Source: Eledone cirrhosa
Lineage: Eukaryota
NCBI GenBank assembly: GCA_964016885.1
Contig: OZ024740.1
Coordinates: 411,742,001-411,806,000, forward strand
Reading direction: 5' to 3'
Length of the DNA: 64,000 nt
A program made the position numbers and the translations under genes. Below the pieces are notes generated by a model. That model was not told where the DNA came from, made no database searches, and saw nothing but the letters and a program-made list of their open reading frames with translations. Positions 59,608 through 64,000 of this stretch are shown here, one piece after another; within the stretch, counting starts at the first letter, position 1; the number at the start of each line of letters is the position of its first letter.

Positions 59608-60320
59608 AACGAAGGAAATGTGGTAAGGAACCAGATGGACCATAACGCACCAAAGTACTCAATACTTAGGGTAGAAGAGTGAGTAATAGGAACGAGTAGG
59701 ACCCCGACGGCTGAGCTCAAGCCGTTTCGACGGCTAATTTTGGACTAAATGAACATTTTTATCCTGGTAAATGAATAGCCGAGCTCCTCAGGGTATAATA
59801 TTCCTATATATCGTACGAACATTTATGTAGTTTGTATTAGAATTTATATATTGTAGCAGTACTCTTATATATCGTATTAGTATTCATTTTAGGGATTCTG
59901 AATTAATATTTCGTATTAGTTTCGGGACTCTGAATTATTATTTCATATTAGGTTTTTTTAGTATTTTGGCCCCCTACTTGTTGACCTGTCATTGTAAGAT
60001 AGATTAGGTCGAGTACTACTATCTCATGAAAATTCTTTCACTACAATCTCGTATTTAGTATCCCGCCCCACCTATTAAACTTTTCTATAGTTTAGCAGTA
60101 CCAGTGAGAGATCTGATGATTGTGGTAGGGAATAGTAACCAGAAATTGTGTTTTTTTATATTTCTAACATTCTAGATTTACTCCATATATACCTACTTAT
60201 TGTTTCGACTTCCTCCCCCTCCCCCTCTTGACCTTTTATCCTTAGGATTCTGCTTTAGTTGTCACTCTCAACGCACGACCGGGTTTCCTCCACTCCCTCT
60301 CCCTCTTTCTTCTACTGGCA
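59608..60320 (-). mobile_element. 3' portion of a degenerate Naiad-like PLE carrying the tail family
   Basis: The minus strand has ETISRYIWS and ILNTR remnants of the GIY-YIG C-terminus, then a full hammerhead and the shared tail. Confidence 0.55.
59687..59806 (-). ncRNA. Type I hammerhead ribozyme with long stem II
   Basis: Minus strand: taggaa..tacc CTGAGGA g..cggcta [insert] tagccgtc GAAAC ggc-ttgagctca-gcc GTC ggggtc..ttccta. Confidence 0.7.
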
Positions 60321-60321
60321 A

Positions 60322-60511
<190 letters not shown>

Positions 60512-60520
60512 GCATATATA

Positions 60521-60937
<417 letters not shown>

Positions 60938-60946
60938 TATATATGC

Positions 60947-60992
<46 letters not shown>

Positions 60993-60993
60993 T

Positions 60994-61940
<947 letters not shown>

Positions 61941-61943
<3 letters not shown>

Positions 61944-62129
61944 AAAAAGTATGACCCCGATGGCAGAGCTCAAGCCGTTTCGACGGCTTTTTCTGTCTAG
62001 AAATAGCCGTCGAAACGGTTTGAGCTTGCCGACGGGGTCATCATTTTTCCTATTACCCACTGTACTACCCTAAGTATTGAGTACTCTGGTGCGTTATGGT
62101 CCATCTGGTTCCTTACCACATTTCCTTCG

Positions 62130-62132
<3 letters not shown>
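61941..62132 (+). mobile_element. Hairpin mini-element (PLE 3' end folded back at hammerhead stem II)
   Basis: Inverted repeat 61941-62051 centred on cgacggct-ttttctgtctagaaat-agccgtcg, plus an ~80 nt tail. (TA)n on both sides. Confidence 0.78.
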
Positions 62133-62187
<55 letters not shown>

Positions 62188-62190
<3 letters not shown>

Positions 62191-63795
62191 AGGTGGTTTA
62201 ATAACATTACTGATAAGAAAAAATCAAAATTTATTCAGTTTGATATTGATGAATATTATTCCTCAATTTCACCTGATACTCTACATGAAGCTCTTTCGTT
62301 CGCTAAGGATAATTCCGACCTTACGGATGCTGAAATTAAAATTATTATGGAAGCGAGGAAAACTATAGTTAAATTCGATGATAGCTACTGGGTTCGCAAA
62401 GATAGACCTTCTAATTTTGATATCACTATGGGTTCTAATGATTCGGCGGAAGTAACAGATCTTGTGGGAATTTATATCACCCACAGATTACAAGGAAAAT
62501 TCAAGGATCTCCACGGTGGAATCTACCGTGACGATGCGCTCCTATTAGTTAAGCATATGAATAACCAGAATTTAGAAAGGATGCGTAAAAATATCAGAAA
62601 GCTTTTTAAGGAACTAGGATTAAATATTACATTTGAATATAACCTCAAAGAGGTCAATCTCCTTGATGTTACTTTGAATCTCAATACAGATACGATTAAA
62701 CCGTTCCATAAACTAAATGAGAACCTTAAATATGTAAATACGAGTTCTAACCATCCACTCTCTATAATTAAATCCATCCCTAGAAATGTTTCTCTTAGAA
62801 TCTCCCGCCTGTCGTCCAACCAACAAACCTTCAAAGAACATGCCGAATATTATGATGATGCACTTAGGAAAGCCGGTCACCTAGATAATATAGAGTATAT
62901 AGTCGAAGATCACCAAAACACCCAAAATAAATCCCATAGGAGTAGAAATAGCACAGAATCACCACCATACATACACTACCGCAATAGACACAATAATAGT
63001 CGCACACCACCAAACAGAAGGCGATGTAAGGAGTATATTTGGTATAACCCGGTCTATAACAACTCTATTAAAACCAATCTACCCTCAAAATTCTTTCGAT
63101 TAGTTAAAAAACACTTTCCAACATCACATAAATATAATAAAATCTTAAACCCTAACACTATTCGACTTTCATATTCAACCGCCCCTAATATTGAACAACA
63201 TATAAAAAAGCTTAACGCAAAACGGTTGTATAAACGCCTTCCAACACATAACAATACACGTAAAACATTAGCTATAACATCACTAAACAACAAACGACAT
63301 CCTGTCCTACATAAGCAACCTCATCAACCCATCCATGACAATACAACAACGCAAAATTATAATTGCAACTGTGTCCAACCAGGAATGTGTCCGTTGAACA
63401 ATCAGTGTCTTGAACGCAACATCGTATACAAATGTACTATCGAATCGGATAGACAGAAGTGGTACTATGTGGGATCTACAGCCACCTCTTTCAAATCACG
63501 CCTTTATAGACATCGTTACTCGATAAAACATGAAAACCAGCGTTATGTAACAACACTCGCAGACAAGGCTTGGCAGCTGCGTGAAAATAACCAACAATTT
63601 CACTTAAAATGGGATATAATAGCGACTGCCCCCCCACAGTCCCATGGACAGGAATTTTGTAAATTATGTAATGTAGAATTATTTTGTATTATGAAATCCA
63701 AAAACATTTTATTAAATAACAGAATAGAGCGATCGTTATACTGTAACCATCGCTTAAAATCTACATTTTCATATTATAAATACTACCAGAATTGA
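62188..63795 (+). CDS. Naiad-type PLE RT + GIY-YIG ORF, 5'-truncated
   Basis: FIQFDI, FDITMGS, GIYRDD, LLDVTL; NCNC..CPLNNQCL; IVY..YVGST; CKLC..CNH. The listed 62077 start is read-through from repeats. Confidence 0.9.
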
Positions 63796-64000
63796 ACGCC
63801 TGTCTCTATCTCCGTTTGATTGTCAAAATAGATATTAACATTCTTTATTAGTCTTAATTCTATCAACTCTTCTATTATTTACCTTTTAATATAAACTGCT
63901 ATAGATAAAATGAGATTTCTGATTTCTTGATTCAATTCCGTAATGCATATACCAGCTGGCTACTATCATTGATGTTATTCAGTAGCAATCGAAATCTCCC

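Noticed and set aside
60113-60150. Plus-strand hammerhead (CTGATGA..GAAA)
   Set aside because: No convincing stem I or III. The region is better explained as a minus-strand PLE coding relic.

Overview
Animal, AT-rich, transposon-dominated DNA. The SINE and microsatellite content resembles an octopus/cephalopod genome (inference), and no host gene can be supported. Positions 1-24.4 kb are a young retrotransposon cluster built on (TTA)n/(TAA)n tracts: four head-to-tail Tx1-like L1-clade LINEs on + (two different 5'UTR/ORF1 modules on a near-identical APE-RT-CCHC ORF2) interleaved with three Dong/R4-clade RLE elements on -. Positions 24.4-64 kb hold Naiad-type Penelope-like elements (RT + GIY-YIG) and their fragments in (TA)n tracts, at least nine type I hammerhead ribozyme motifs, many fold-back palindromes, non-autonomous Helitrons, tRNA-derived SINEs, and relics of CRE, RTE, Dong and Tx1 LINEs. 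Three signals stand out. (1) A consensus splice donor overlaps the ORF1 stop codon of every Tx1-like copy, including a distant relic, with two candidate acceptors that would give either an in-frame ORF1-ORF2 fusion or an ORF1-only mRNA lacking all of ORF2. (2) ORF1 modules are swapped exactly at that donor. (3) Hairpin mini-elements fold back at stem II of a hammerhead ribozyme. All calls were made by eye without alignment or folding tools, so relic boundaries are approximate.
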